From a virus (taxonomy: Duplodnaviria > Heunggongvirae > Uroviricota > Caudoviricetes), in the IMG/VR virus record IMGVR_UViG_2718217789_000006: a stretch of 64,000 nucleotides of DNA, one strand, 5' to 3'. How positions within the stretch are numbered: position 1 is the stretch's first letter; every line of letters begins with the position of its first letter. A program made the position numbers and the translations under genes. Below the pieces are notes generated by a model, which saw nothing but the letters and a program-made list of their open reading frames with translations, did no database searches and was not told the origin of the DNA. Of this stretch, positions 18,500 through 28,101 are shown piece by piece.

Positions 18500-20896
18500 T
18501 TAAGAATCAGCCTGACTCGGGATCAGTTTTTGCCAGATAACTGAAACGTATTTTGCCTGGTAACGGGCGTCATCAAGTGCATTATGGCGCTCACCTTCGA
18601 ATGGAATAGCCGTTCTGGCATCGAAGTCTATGGCTTTCCCCAGCTCAACGATTGTGCGCACATCGCGATCGTTGTAGTAACGCCACGGGCAGGGGATCCC
18701 CTGCCGTTCGTATGAACGGCGCAAAATCGTGTTGTCGAAGTTGGCTCCATTTCCCCAGACCTGAACAAAGAATTCACCGGAGTTTTCGTCGATAAATTCC
18801 CGCAATTGTAACAGTGCATCATCTAACGGGATTTCATCGGTCATAATGGCAGATTGCGCTTCGCGTGATTGCTTAAGCCACCATTTAATGGTGTCCCGAT
18901 CAATGACTCCGCCAGCAGTTTCCAGATCGATAGTCTTACTAAATTCCGGTCCCATATCTCCGGTTTGCGGATCGAAAAATATTGCACCTATTGAGATGAT
19001 CGGGGCATCAGGATTTTTTCCCATGGTTTCAAGGTCGATCATTAGATGGTCACACGTCCTGCTGGTGGATGTGATAACGTGATGACCGTTCACCTTAATT
19101 GAGTGATCTGCCGTCTCGCCAGTTTCATTATCGCTATCGTGATGCTGATTGCCGCCAGTGTTCTCCTTGTGTGGATGTTCAGCGCCTTCCATTTCCTCCG
19201 GATCATCTTCCTGAACTTCAACCAGGTTCTTGTCATCGAATGTTTCCTGGTATGTTGCGTCGCCCATCACCGCGCCACAATCAGGGCAGTTGCCGCCGCC
19301 GGTCTGACCGCAGGTGGTGCAGATCTTTTCCGGTTCCTGTTGCACTACTGGTTCAGGTTGTTTCGTTTCTGGCTGATTCTGGTACACAGAATCGCGGGTC
19401 TGGATCCCCTTAATCCATTTCGGATCATTCGGGTCGCTAATCCCTTCAACAAATTCTCCGCGAGAGGCAGCCAGTAATTTGTCTGCATCGACAGGATTTT
19501 GGGGCGGAATGTTTTTCCGGGCTTCATGGAGTTCTGCCCGCAGTTTCTGATATTTCGCATCAACAGAATTTACCTGTGACTGAGCATCCAGCGGCTGCGT
19601 GTCCTGATGATGTTCAGTTGCATCCGGTTCCACTGTTTCAGCCGTTGCCTGTTCATCTGCCATTGCGCAAGATGGTTGCGGTTTTTCTTCATCATTTTCT
19701 TCTTCTGTTTCCTGCTTAGCAGCCAGTTCGCGGTTAACTTCTTCCAGGATATCTTTTTCCGGTGTATGTCGTGCAGCAGTGAGAGTTTCCTTGCTGGGGT
19801 TCTCGTGATCAGTCTCCGTTAAGTAGGCGTTGATATACCCCTGAAGGCGTCCCGGGTAGTGATAAAACTCAGGGTGAGCGCTCCGGATAAGTGCAAAAAT
19901 AGCGGCGCGGGAATAGTCCAGAATACCCGGGGTTGCGCGAAGTGCTGCGGACCATTCTTTGAACGGACTTTCTCTTTTCAGGACGATTTCTTTTGCGCGA
20001 CGATAAACGCTGCCCGGAATTTCATAAATATTAAAATCCATCGGAAGTGTGGCTGCTGCAATCTCCACATCCAGCGTATCGAAGGTGTGTACTAAATTCG
20101 GATTGCGATCGGTTTTGTTCCCGCCACCGGCATTTGCACCGGAAGCCGTACGGGTGATACGCGAAACACGATTTCCTTTCATCCACTCTTTTGTCAGCAG
20201 ACCCCGATCAGTGTAGTCAGCGTCCAGGTATGCCTCGAAAAAAGCAGTTATCAGTCCCAGGTCTGAATTACCGGGATTAGGGAAAACTTTGTCAGTGTCG
20301 CGTGCCAGTTTATGAAGGTCGCGAATCTCCAGCGGGTCGAGCAGCTTTGTGTTGTGGGAAATGGCCAGGGCAGTAACAGCCGGCAGTTCTTCCGCCCGTG
20401 CTATATGTAATGCCTGAAGTTCTTCCCGTGCAACGTGCGTTACTGGTTTTTCGCTGCCGTGTTGCGCAAGCCAGCGAATGGGCAGCTCCTGACCAGAAAC
20501 CGGCAGGAGCATATTCTCCTCAATCTCCGTCATGTCTTCGCCGTTGACGTTGGTATTGTCAGTACTGGCTGGTTTCTCCTGCACGGAGGGAGAGGGCGCG
20601 ATAAATACCATTGTAATGCCATCTTCCCCGCCTTTTTCGTATCGGTTGCAGAATTCGGTATCAAACACGCCTTCAGGTGGAAGGTCATTCACAACGGGTA
20701 AATGGACGCGAACGGGTTTTTTAAAGTCGTCTTCATCATAATCGTTGTCATCCATTGCGGTAATGCAGCGGGAGATGGCAACAGATAATTTTTTTGCTGT
20801 AGTCCAGTAAAAACCACCTTTAATTCCCAGACGTTTTCTGACTTTGTCATTTTTTGCTTCGCAATATAGCGCAAATTCTTCTTTATCAGTGCTCAT
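18500..20896 (-). CDS. Putative phage exonuclease with C-terminal DnaQ-like (DEDDh) 3'-5' exonuclease domain
   Basis: 798 aa; C-terminal ...[26 protein letters not shown]...[15 protein letters not shown]...[12 protein letters not shown]... fits Exo I/II/III motifs; central CxxC...CxxC zinc-ribbon ([21 protein letters not shown]) and acidic linker. Confidence 0.7.
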   Translation of the reverse strand: MSTDKEEFALYCEAKNDKVRKRLGIKGGFYWTTAKKLSVAISRCITAMDDNDYDEDDFKKPVRVHLPVVNDLPPEGVFDTEFCNRYEKGGEDGITMVFIAPSPSVQEKPASTDNTNVNGEDMTEIEENMLLPVSGQELPIRWLAQHGSEKPVTHVAREELQALHIARAEELPAVTALAISHNTKLLDPLEIRDLHKLARDTDKVFPNPGNSDLGLITAFFEAYLDADYTDRGLLTKEWMKGNRVSRITRTASGANAGGGNKTDRNPNLVHTFDTLDVEIAAATLPMDFNIYEIPGSVYRRAKEIVLKRESPFKEWSAALRATPGILDYSRAAIFALIRSAHPEFYHYPGRLQGYINAYLTETDHENPSKETLTAARHTPEKDILEEVNRELAAKQETEEENDEEKPQPSCAMADEQATAETVEPDATEHHQDTQPLDAQSQVNSVDAKYQKLRAELHEARKNIPPQNPVDADKLLAASRGEFVEGISDPNDPKWIKGIQTRDSVYQNQPETKQPEPVVQQEPEKICTTCGQTGGGNCPDCGAVMGDATYQETFDDKNLVEVQEDDPEEMEGAEHPHKENTGGNQHHDSDNETGETADHSIKVNGHHVITSTSRTCDHLMIDLETMGKNPDAPIISIGAIFFDPQTGDMGPEFSKTIDLETAGGVIDRDTIKWWLKQSREAQSAIMTDEIPLDDALLQLREFIDENSGEFFVQVWGNGANFDNTILRRSYERQGIPCPWRYYNDRDVRTIVELGKAIDFDARTAIPFEGERHNALDDARYQAKYVSVIWQKLIPSQADS

Positions 20897-21011
20897 TGAT
20901 AAACCTCATTACAGATTTAAGGGTGAACAAATCCCTGCCATTGCTGGCATTTTTAATCCGTTGGTATGGTGTTAATATGGCTGGAGGGTTATCCAGCCGG
21001 TGTTTCGTTAT

Positions 21012-21179
21012 TCAGGTACAGCGATACTTTTTTTTTACCGGGAGGCATTCACCAGAAATTTTTTGCTCGTCTCTTGCCTGGAGGCAGGATTCTTTACTGG
21101 CATAAATTCCGGTAATCACATTCTGTGATTCACCCGTTATAAGAAAAACCGTCATCATCAGTGCAAATGCTGAAGTCAT
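21012..21179 (-). CDS. YdfD-like small protein with hydrophobic N-terminus
   Basis: 55 aa (below ORF-track cutoff), MTSAFALMMTVFLITGESQNVITG...; start overlaps the dicB stop (ATGA); position matches ydfD after dicB in Qin. Confidence 0.45.
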   Translation of the reverse strand: MTSAFALMMTVFLITGESQNVITGIYASKESCLQARDEQKISGECLPVKKKYRCT

Positions 21180-21364
21180 TGACGTTCTCCGAAAATACCA
21201 AGTTCAAGAAGAGCAATTCGGGAAAGTATGGAATTATCATTGAGCAGATAAGGCTCATATTTCCTCATATTAATGGCATCTTCAGTAAACTCCCGGTTAC
21301 TGAGCAGAACACCAATATCAAAACAACCTTCAGACGTATTAACGTTTGGTAATAACGTTTCCAT
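21176..21364 (-). CDS. dicB: DicB-like cell division inhibitor
   Basis: 62 aa, METLLPNVNTSEGCFDIGVLLSNREFTEDAIN...; same length and N-terminus as K-12 DicB as recalled. Confidence 0.7.
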   Translation of the reverse strand: METLLPNVNTSEGCFDIGVLLSNREFTEDAINMRKYEPYLLNDNSILSRIALLELGIFGERQ

Positions 21365-21542
21365 TATCGCGTCCTCAACAATGAATTTTGTGATGCAGTG
21401 CCTGGTGCCTCCAGGTGACGTTAACCAGTTAACAATTAACGCCGGATTAGTTGATGCTCGTTACGCCCGTAAAATACCGCCTTACTGCTTTAACTGTTCC
21501 GCGTGCGCATAGCCGCATTCACCGCATCACAAAATTCACTTT

Positions 21543-21582
21543 AAAAAGGGCGGATATCCGTTTCCGCCGAATCACCAGAAAA
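21543..21582 (-). ncRNA. dicF: DicF-like small RNA (variant)
   Basis: Minus-strand UUUCUGGUGAUUCGGCGGAAACGGAUAUCCGCCCUUUUU: DicF-type 5' seed (UUUCUGGUGA) plus terminator hairpin and U-run, followed by UAAAGUGAAUUUUGUGAUG as downstream of K-12 dicF (recalled); lies between ydfC-like gene and dicB. Confidence 0.5.
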
Positions 21583-21883
21583 GTGATAACAGAGGGCGTT
21601 GCAGCGGGGTTGTCACTTAAGCGTATGGTCAACCTGACAACCCGGTGTCCTCAGCGGGGAAGGAATAACCCCGCCATACTTACCGCCGCGCCATTTCGCG
21701 GATTGCCACAACCGGAAGCGCACGGTCGAATTAAATTTAACGACTACCTACAGAGAGACGAACTTCGCCGTGCGCTTTCGCGTTATGCCCTGACTTTTCA
21801 GGGATATATCCTTTTCAGTAAACTGTCAGTGCCGGATTCTTATCCGTGTCCGGCGCACGCACTCTACCTCACCTGTGAATAAA

Positions 21884-22258
21884 TTAATGATTAATTGATA
21901 TTTTGTTGTTTGATTCAACTTTCCCATCGGATGTGTGATGCTTTAAATCACAGGAATTAATACTGCTTGCTGTAAAATGATTTTCAAGGGGAGCTATTCG
22001 AATCCCTTTCTTTTTCATTAACAAGCCAAATCCTTTATTAATGATGTTCATTAATTCCAGGAAGTATTTTTCATGTAAATTCTGGTTATCAGAGAGCTGC
22101 TTCTCTTCGCACAGACCGATAAAGGCACGACGCACGTTACCGGATATAGTATCGATGGTTTCTTTTTCTACGGTACTCAGGTCAAGAGTCGCCAGTTGGG
22201 AACGAACTATATTCGCTGCCATTTCCTGGAATTGCATTGGTAAATCTTTAAATTCCAT
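21884..22258 (-). CDS. Hypothetical 124-aa protein (AT-rich insertion in the dicB operon)
   Basis: GAGG RBS 7 nt upstream; start 22 nt after the ydfC-like stop; MEFKDLPMQFQEMAANIVRSQLATLDLS...; low GC versus flanks; no family recognised. Confidence 0.5.
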   Translation of the reverse strand: MEFKDLPMQFQEMAANIVRSQLATLDLSTVEKETIDTISGNVRRAFIGLCEEKQLSDNQNLHEKYFLELMNIINKGFGLLMKKKGIRIAPLENHFTASSINSCDLKHHTSDGKVESNNKISINH

Positions 22259-22280
22259 TATTAGCCTCGTTGGTTAGCTA

Positions 22281-22499
22281 TTAACGCGGGTATGTAATCA
22301 TTCTGGCAATGCTTAATGCCGCTGCTTTTTCCAGATTAGTGATATCCTGCTCCAGAGCGGACAGATTTTCAGCCTGCTTAGCCCTGGCTTCATTGGCCCA
22401 TTTCAGATCCTGCGCTGCATTAATTTTCTGGTGCATCCACTCATAAAGTTCATCATCGGTATAGTCTGGCGCGATGATGACGGGTTCTCGTTTCTGCAT
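22281..22499 (-). CDS. YdfC-like protein
   Basis: 72 aa (same length as K-12 YdfC), MQKREPVIIAPDYTDDELYEWMHQKINAAQ...; position in the dicB-type operon. Confidence 0.5.
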   Translation of the reverse strand: MQKREPVIIAPDYTDDELYEWMHQKINAAQDLKWANEARAKQAENLSALEQDITNLEKAAALSIARMITYPR

Positions 22500-22528
22500 A
22501 CTGATTCCTCGCGGTGCTGTTTCGCTTA

Positions 22529-22657
22529 TCAGCCGTTAGATTTTGCCGAACTGGAAAGCGCCTGTTTAAATTCGTTGAAGCTGAGAGCTTCTTCGCCTTC
22601 GGCAAGACCTTCGAAGTATTCTTCGTAAGCCTTTTCCATGATTGTGTCGAAATCCAT
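22529..22657 (-). CDS. YdfB-like small protein
   Basis: 42 aa (below ORF-track cutoff), MDFDTIMEKAYEEYFEGLAEGEEALSFNEFKQALSSSAKSNG; AGGTGAG RBS; same length and position as K-12 YdfB. Confidence 0.45.
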   Translation of the reverse strand: MDFDTIMEKAYEEYFEGLAEGEEALSFNEFKQALSSSAKSNG

Positions 22658-22658
22658 A

Positions 22659-22814
22659 TCACTCACCTGAGTTTCTTTCCAGCCAGCGACGGGCACCATT
22701 TTCGGTTTTAAACGTTTTGCTTTTGGTATACGTCATCGCGGTGAACGTACCGTCCTGGTTGGGGAACACGCCACATACCAGAGATTCGCTGTTGCCAAGA
22801 TCGATAGTATCCAT
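22659..22814 (-). CDS. YdfA-like small protein
   Basis: 51 aa from internal ATG with GAGG RBS (MDTIDLGNSESLVCGVFPNQDGTFTAMTYTKSKTFKTENGARRWLERNSGE); stop overlaps ydfB-like start. Confidence 0.5.
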   Translation of the reverse strand: MDTIDLGNSESLVCGVFPNQDGTFTAMTYTKSKTFKTENGARRWLERNSGE

Positions 22815-23000
22815 GCTGACCTCATTTCCCCTTAACGCCGGGGTAGCGGAACAAAAACCTGCTGCATAGTTATTAAAGTTGAACCCTGCCGTCATGTTCT
22901 TACGCCTCGGGCTGGCTACTTAACCCCTGACCACTGCCTGGTAACTCGAAGTATTGCCCTGCATTCTGTGGGGCGGGGTGGGTTGGTATGAAAAGAAGGA

Positions 23001-23037
23001 TACCCATAGGTATTTAAAAAGTAAATACCCATGGGTA
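23001..23037. promoter_or_regulatory. Pair of 12-bp palindromic operator-like sites between repressor gene and dicB-type operon
   Basis: TACCCATAGGTA (23001..23012) and TACCCATGGGTA (23026..23037), perfect palindromes 25 bp centre-to-centre, upstream of the ydfA-like gene. Confidence 0.45.
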
Positions 23038-23079
23038 AATTTTTGCGGTGTCTTAACTGGTGACTAGTTGTTTGGTGAG

Positions 23080-23499
23080 CTATGATGCGTTTTGTGCTTT
23101 CTTTTTACGGATTTCTTCGTAGATCATATTGTAATACTGTTTTTTCTCTTCAAGAGTTTTTAATAATTTATCCGCTTCACTTTCTGGCAGTTCGTCTAAG
23201 AGATCTAAAAAAATACGTTGTCGTGGCGTTAGAACCCTTGTTTCATAACTGGAGGCTGTGTTCGTTGATGATGAAACGATACCATCCATCCATCCCCGGG
23301 GTAACCCAAAGGACTCTTCGATAATCTCCACCATATCATCAGCGATCCGTTTTTTTCCCTTTTTCCCCTCTGGGTACAACATTCTTGATACATAAGAAGG
23401 CTCGCGCCCGATCTTTCTGGCCACGTTAACCGCTTTACCATCGCATTTCTCATCACGAATTTTGATGAGTTGCTGTCGTCTAAATTCATATTTGTCCAT
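23080..23499 (-). CDS. Prophage repressor (DicA/RacR/CI-type HTH protein)
   Basis: 139 aa; HTH-like ...AVNVARKIGREPSYVSRML...; C-terminal ...LDELPESEADKLL... resembles DicA ...ALPESEQD...; divergent from a Cro-like gene. Confidence 0.7.
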   Translation of the reverse strand: MDKYEFRRQQLIKIRDEKCDGKAVNVARKIGREPSYVSRMLYPEGKKGKKRIADDMVEIIEESFGLPRGWMDGIVSSSTNTASSYETRVLTPRQRIFLDLLDELPESEADKLLKTLEEKKQYYNMIYEEIRKKKAQNAS

Positions 23500-23580
23500 A
23501 GGTAAATAATAGATGCGATTACCGCAAGGTAAACAACCTGTGGGTATTGGCTTTTGTTTACCTGTGGGTATTCTTTGCTG
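23500..23580. promoter_or_regulatory. Divergent promoter/operator region between repressor and Cro-like gene
   Basis: CCATAGGTA half-site and two direct copies of CCTGTGGGTATT (reverse complement TACCCACAGG, a one-base variant of the palindrome core at 23001..23037). Confidence 0.4.
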
Positions 23581-23599
23581 TGTTTACTAAGGAGTAGCT

Positions 23600-23881
23600 A
23601 TGGAAGAATTAAGAATATTTCTCAATTCTCTTTCGTCAGATGAACAGCGTATGTTTGCATGCGAGTGTGGTACCAGCATCGGTTATCTAAGAAAGGCATT
23701 GAGTAAAGGTCAAGTGTTAGGGGCATCGTTATGTGTCCTTATTGAGCGAGCCAGTAATGGTGAAGTTACACGTCAGCAACTAAGGCCTTTTGATTGGATG
23801 AATATTTGGCCCGAGCTGGAAGATACCAAAACGTTAACACAACCACTTTCTAGGAGCTTGATTCATGAAAATCAAGCATGA
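23600..23881 (+). CDS. Cro/YdaS-like HTH regulator
   Basis: 93 aa, ...MFACECGTSIGYLRKALSKGQ...; divergent from the repressor, AGGAG RBS. Confidence 0.6.
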   Translation: MEELRIFLNSLSSDEQRMFACECGTSIGYLRKALSKGQVLGASLCVLIERASNGEVTRQQLRPFDWMNIWPELEDTKTLTQPLSRSLIHENQA

Positions 23882-24290
23882 ACACATCCGCATGGCGATG
23901 AATGCCTGGGCGCGTCCTGATGGCGAAAAAGTTCCAGCAGCTGGAATAACCCAGGCTTATTTTGAGTTGGGTATGACGTTCCCAGAACTGTATGACGACA
24001 GCCATCCGGAAGCCCTGGCTCGCAATACCCAGAAAATTTTCCGCTGGGTAGAGAAAGACACCCCTGATGCTGTTGAAAAAATGCAGGCTCTGTTACCGGC
24101 GATCGAAAAGGCGATGCCGCCTTTGCTGGTGGCCCGTATGCGCAGCCACAGTTCTGAATATTACCGTGAGATCGTCGAACGGAGGGATCGGCTGGTGAAG
24201 GATGTCGATGATTTTGTTGCGTCAGCGGTTGTTTTGTATGACCAGATGAATCGCGGCGGCCCGGCAGGGAATGCTGTGGTGATGCACTAA
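23865..24290 (+). CDS. YdaT-like regulatory protein
   Basis: 141 aa following the Cro-like gene with short overlap, as ydaS-ydaT in Rac-type immunity regions; assignment by position and general resemblance. Confidence 0.45.
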   Translation: MKIKHEHIRMAMNAWARPDGEKVPAAGITQAYFELGMTFPELYDDSHPEALARNTQKIFRWVEKDTPDAVEKMQALLPAIEKAMPPLLVARMRSHSSEYYREIVERRDRLVKDVDDFVASAVVLYDQMNRGGPAGNAVVMH

Positions 24291-24312
24291 AAGCACGGTG
24301 TTCGGGGGTTTT

Positions 24313-25275
24313 ATGAGCAGCAAGCTTCATGGTCTTGTCTGGGAAGGGTGCGCCTTCACCGGCATGATCTTATCCAGGGTGGCGGTTATGGCCCGTCTTG
24401 CAGACTACAGCAATGACGAGGGCGTGTCATGGCCTGCCATTGAAACTATCCGGCGTCAGATCGGTGCAAGAAGTGAATCCACAGTGAAATCGGCTATTGC
24501 AGAACTGGCGAAAGAGGGCTGGCTGACGAAGGAAGAGCGTAAGGTCGGTGGGCGTAATGTAAGCAATATCTATCGGCTTAATGTGGAAAAACTCGAAGCA
24601 GCTGCGGCGGCGGCGCGTGAGTCATATAAACCGAAAAGAAAAATTAGCCCGGCAAAAAATGACCCGTTAACAGTTGACCCGTCAAATATTGACCCCTCAA
24701 CGGTTGACCCGTCAAATTTTGATGGATCAACTGTTGATAACAAACTGCCGATTAGGGGGGCGATGATTGACCCCGATCCGTCAGTATTAAAACCTGATCC
24801 GTCAGATAAAAGATCTTCTTGTCCGGACGCTTCGCAACCGGACCCGCAGACGGCTGAACAGGATTTTTTAACCCGACACCCTGACGCGGTTGTGTTCAGT
24901 GCGAAAAAACGCCAGTGGGGAAGTCAGGAAGATTTGGTGTGCGCACAGTGGATCTGGGGACGAATCGTGAGTCTTTACGAGCAGGCGGCCAGCTATGATG
25001 GCGAGATCACTAGACCGAAAGAACCCAACTGGACAGCATGGGCCAATGACGTTCGCACAATGCGGATGCTGGATGGCAGAACTCACAGACAAATTTGTGA
25101 AATGTTTGGGCGTCTCCAGCGGGATTCGTTCTGGGTAAAAAACATCATGAGTCCGGCAAAACTCCGGGAAAAATGGGATGAACTGGTTATCCGCCTGGGG
25201 CGTTCGCCTGCGCAGCGTTGCGTGAATCACATTTCTGAACCGGACACTGAAATACCGCCGGGATTCAGGGGGTGA
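24313..25275 (+). CDS. Replication initiator (lambda O-like / replisome organiser)
   Basis: N-terminal winged-helix-like region; internal repeated DP(L/S)TVDPSN peptide coded by DNA direct repeats (iteron-like); upstream of the DnaC-like loader; ATG 24313 with GGGGG RBS preferred over GTG 24298. Confidence 0.7.
   Translation: MSSKLHGLVWEGCAFTGMILSRVAVMARLADYSNDEGVSWPAIETIRRQIGARSESTVKSAIAELAKEGWLTKEERKVGGRNVSNIYRLNVEKLEAAAAAARESYKPKRKISPAKNDPLTVDPSNIDPSTVDPSNFDGSTVDNKLPIRGAMIDPDPSVLKPDPSDKRSSCPDASQPDPQTAEQDFLTRHPDAVVFSAKKRQWGSQEDLVCAQWIWGRIVSLYEQAASYDGEITRPKEPNWTAWANDVRTMRMLDGRTHRQICEMFGRLQRDSFWVKNIMSPAKLREKWDELVIRLGRSPAQRCVNHISEPDTEIPPGFRG
24661..24740. repeat. Iteron-like direct repeats inside the replication initiator gene (candidate ori)
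   Basis: GACCCGTTAACAGTTGACCCGTCAAATATTGACCCCTCAACGGTTGACCCGTCAAATTTTGAT...: four or more copies of a TTGACCCGTCAA-type unit. Confidence 0.45.
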
Positions 25276-25281
25276 CGTGTC

Positions 25282-26028
25282 ATGAAAAACATTGCGGCAG
25301 TTGGGGTTCTTGAACGTATTCGCAGACTTGCACCACAGGGGCCGGTTCCACCGTACCGGACGGTGGAGGAGTGGCGGGAATGGCAACTTGCTGAAGGACG
25401 AAAACGCAGCGAGGAGATTAACCGCCAGAATCGCCAGTTGCGGGTGGAAAAAATCCTGAATCGTTCGGGCATCCAGCCTCTGCACAGCAAATGCTCGTTT
25501 GCAAATTATCAGGTGCAGAACGACGGGCAAAAATACGCGCTGAGCCAGGCCAAATCCATAGCTGACGAACTGATGACCGGGTGCACGAATTTTGTGTTCA
25601 GCGGTAAAACCGGCACCGGGAAAAATCACCTTGCAGCGGCGATGGGCAACCGGCTGATGGTGAAGGGGCGCAGCGTGATTATCGTCACCGTGTCTGACGT
25701 CATGAGCGTGTTGCATGACAGCTACGACAACGGCAAATCCGGGGAAAAATTTTTACAGGAGCTTTGCGGGGTTGATTTGCTGGTCCTGGATGAAATAGGC
25801 GTTCAGCGGGAGACGAAAAACGAGCAGGTGGTATTGCACCAGATAATTGATCGCCGGACAGCATCACTGTGCAGTGTCGGGATGTTAACAAACCTGAATC
25901 ATGCCGCAATGAGTACGCTTCTTGGTGAGAGGATTATGGACCGCATGACCATGAACGGTGGTCGATGGGTGACGTTTAACTGGGATAGCTGGCGTCCAAA
26001 TGTCAGCAATATGAGGGTTGTGAAGTAA
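25282..26028 (+). CDS. DnaC-like helicase loader (IstB-like AAA+ ATPase)
   Basis: 248 aa; Walker A GKTGTGKNHLAAA, Walker B DLLVLDEIG. Confidence 0.85.
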   Translation: MKNIAAVGVLERIRRLAPQGPVPPYRTVEEWREWQLAEGRKRSEEINRQNRQLRVEKILNRSGIQPLHSKCSFANYQVQNDGQKYALSQAKSIADELMTGCTNFVFSGKTGTGKNHLAAAMGNRLMVKGRSVIIVTVSDVMSVLHDSYDNGKSGEKFLQELCGVDLLVLDEIGVQRETKNEQVVLHQIIDRRTASLCSVGMLTNLNHAAMSTLLGERIMDRMTMNGGRWVTFNWDSWRPNVSNMRVVK

Positions 26029-26049
26029 TTTTGTCCGGAGGAAATTTTA

Positions 26050-26820
26050 ATGGAAACCGTATCTGACGCACTGAAAGCACTGAAAAAAGCCTCTTCACAT
26101 GTGGTGGCAGCTCGCCTTGGAATCAGTCGTGAAGAGGCTGTCAACGAGCTGTGGGAACTCAAAAGAAAAGGCGTCGTTGATAAAACTGGTCACACCTGGT
26201 TTCTGGCTGGCGAAGGTGAATCCCGGGTAACCGAAGAGCGGCCAGTAAAATCTGAAGCACAGGATATGCTGACCGGGGAGGTCGAACAAAAAGTTACCGC
26301 AGACATGATGATTGAGTTTATCGGTCAGGATGGGGCTAAAACGTGTGAGGAACTGGCGGGTAAGTTCGGTGTCAGTACTCGCAAGGTTGCTTCCACGCTG
26401 GCGGTGGTAACCGCAACGGGGCGGCTGGCACGCGTTAATCAGAACGGTAAATTTCGTTACTGCATGCCGGGCGATAATTTACCAGCAGAGCCGAAAGCCG
26501 CGCTGGTAACGGAAAGTGATGGTAAGGCCTTTCCTCAGCCAGCAGGTGCTGCGTTACCAGTCCGGGAAGCCGCAACACAGGAAGAAATTAAAACAGAAAC
26601 TGTGGCGGACATTGTGCAGCCGTTGCCATCGTTTACCGAAACGCAAGCAGATGAGCTGATTTTTCCGTCCCTTCGCAGGGCAAACCTGGCGCTGCGCAGG
26701 GCGAAAAGTGATGTTCAGAAGTGGGAGCGAGTCTGCGCCGCGCTGCGGGAGCTGAACAAGCACCGGGATATTGTTCGACAGATTACTGATTCTTCCCGCC
26801 GTGTTGTATCGGAAAAGTGA
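26050..26820 (+). CDS. Hypothetical protein with two winged-helix-like segments
   Basis: 256 aa; GGAGG RBS; no family recognised. Confidence 0.5.
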   Translation: METVSDALKALKKASSHVVAARLGISREEAVNELWELKRKGVVDKTGHTWFLAGEGESRVTEERPVKSEAQDMLTGEVEQKVTADMMIEFIGQDGAKTCEELAGKFGVSTRKVASTLAVVTATGRLARVNQNGKFRYCMPGDNLPAEPKAALVTESDGKAFPQPAGAALPVREAATQEEIKTETVADIVQPLPSFTETQADELIFPSLRRANLALRRAKSDVQKWERVCAALRELNKHRDIVRQITDSSRRVVSEK

Positions 26821-26835
26821 TTGCCGGAGGCGCTT

Positions 26836-27261
26836 ATGGCAAAAGCATTTACACAAGAAGAGCGGGAAAAAATTAAAGGGCAGGTTGTTGAACTTGTACG
26901 TCTGAGCGGTCGCGAGACGTTGCGGCAACTGGAAGCCAAGACAGGTGCGACAAGATATCTGATGAGTGTTCTCGCCAGAGAGCTGGTTGCCAGTGGCGAT
27001 GTATACAACTCTGGTTACGGGTTATTCCCGTCTGAACAGGCGCGTAAGGACTGGCAAAATGCTCGCAAAAAACTCTCAAGGGCAAAGGTGAAGAAACCTG
27101 CAGTGGTTGATCCGGACCTTATCTGGTCGTTACCAGACGGCGAAATACGCCGCTACGACAGGCGCCTGAATATAATCTGTCGCGAGTGCCGGAAGAGCGA
27201 AGCTATGCAGCGTGTACTGGCATTTTATCAAGGAAATGTTAGGTATTTTAGACGTTACTAG
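26836..27261 (+). CDS. Hypothetical protein
   Basis: 142 aa; GGAGG RBS 5 nt upstream of ATG 26836. Confidence 0.5.
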   Translation: MAKAFTQEEREKIKGQVVELVRLSGRETLRQLEAKTGATRYLMSVLARELVASGDVYNSGYGLFPSEQARKDWQNARKKLSRAKVKKPAVVDPDLIWSLPDGEIRRYDRRLNIICRECRKSEAMQRVLAFYQGNVRYFRRY

Positions 27262-27414
27262 ATTAAAGAGCATTAGTTCAGATGTGAATTGACATTTTCA
27301 TGGCGCAGGGTAGAGCCAGCGCGGTTGTCCGCTTTGCGTCAAAACCAGATATTACCAGATTTAGACATATATTCCCGATAGCCCTGCTCTGATGCTACAC
27401 TCTGTGCTATTTTC

Positions 27415-28101
27415 ATGACCCCAATAAAAATATTTATGACTATTGCTGATTTCAAACGGCCTAAATTGGAGCTCCCAAACGGGGCAAACAAACTACTACT
27501 GCACTCTTGCTGTGCTCCATGTTCCGGTGAAGTGATGGAGGCGCTTCAGGCCTCGGGAATCGACTACACCATCTTTTTCTACAACCCGAACATTCATCCT
27601 CAGAAAGAGTATTTAATTCGTAAGGATGAAAATATTCGCTTTGCTGAACAACACGGCGTGCCGTTTATCGATGCTGATTACGACACCGACAACTGGTTTG
27701 AACGTGCCAAAGGAATGGAATGGGAGCCTGAGAGGGGGATCCGTTGTACCATGTGTTTTGACATGCGTTTTGAGCGGACAGCGTTGTACGCTGCTGAAAA
27801 TGGTTTCAGTGTGATCAGCAGTTCACTGGGCATTTCACGCTGGAAAAATATGCAGCAGGTTAACGAGTGTGGGCGGCGAGCTGTTGCGCATTATCCGGGT
27901 ATGGTGTACTGGGATTATAACTGGCGCAAGCAGGGCGGCTCGTCCCGTATGATTGAAATCAGCAAGCGCGAAAAATTCTATCAGCAGGAATATTGTGGCT
28001 GTGTGTATTCTCTGCGCGATACCAATCTACACCGCAAATCTCAGGGACGCCCTCTTATCAAAATTGGCCAACTCCACTACGGAAAAGAAGAGAAGGAGTG
28101 A
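27415..28101 (+). CDS. QueH-like protein (DUF208, epoxyqueuosine reductase family)
   Basis: 228 aa; [11 protein letters not shown]...FFYNPNIHP...QEYCGCVYS motifs characteristic of QueH/DUF208 as recalled. Confidence 0.55.
   Translation: MTPIKIFMTIADFKRPKLELPNGANKLLLHSCCAPCSGEVMEALQASGIDYTIFFYNPNIHPQKEYLIRKDENIRFAEQHGVPFIDADYDTDNWFERAKGMEWEPERGIRCTMCFDMRFERTALYAAENGFSVISSSLGISRWKNMQQVNECGRRAVAHYPGMVYWDYNWRKQGGSSRMIEISKREKFYQQEYCGCVYSLRDTNLHRKSQGRPLIKIGQLHYGKEEKE

Noticed and set aside
21451-21882. 143-aa plus-strand ORF in the dicF/dicB upstream region
   Set aside because: Antisense to the DicF-like sRNA and the operon leader; translation is Arg-rich with no RBS
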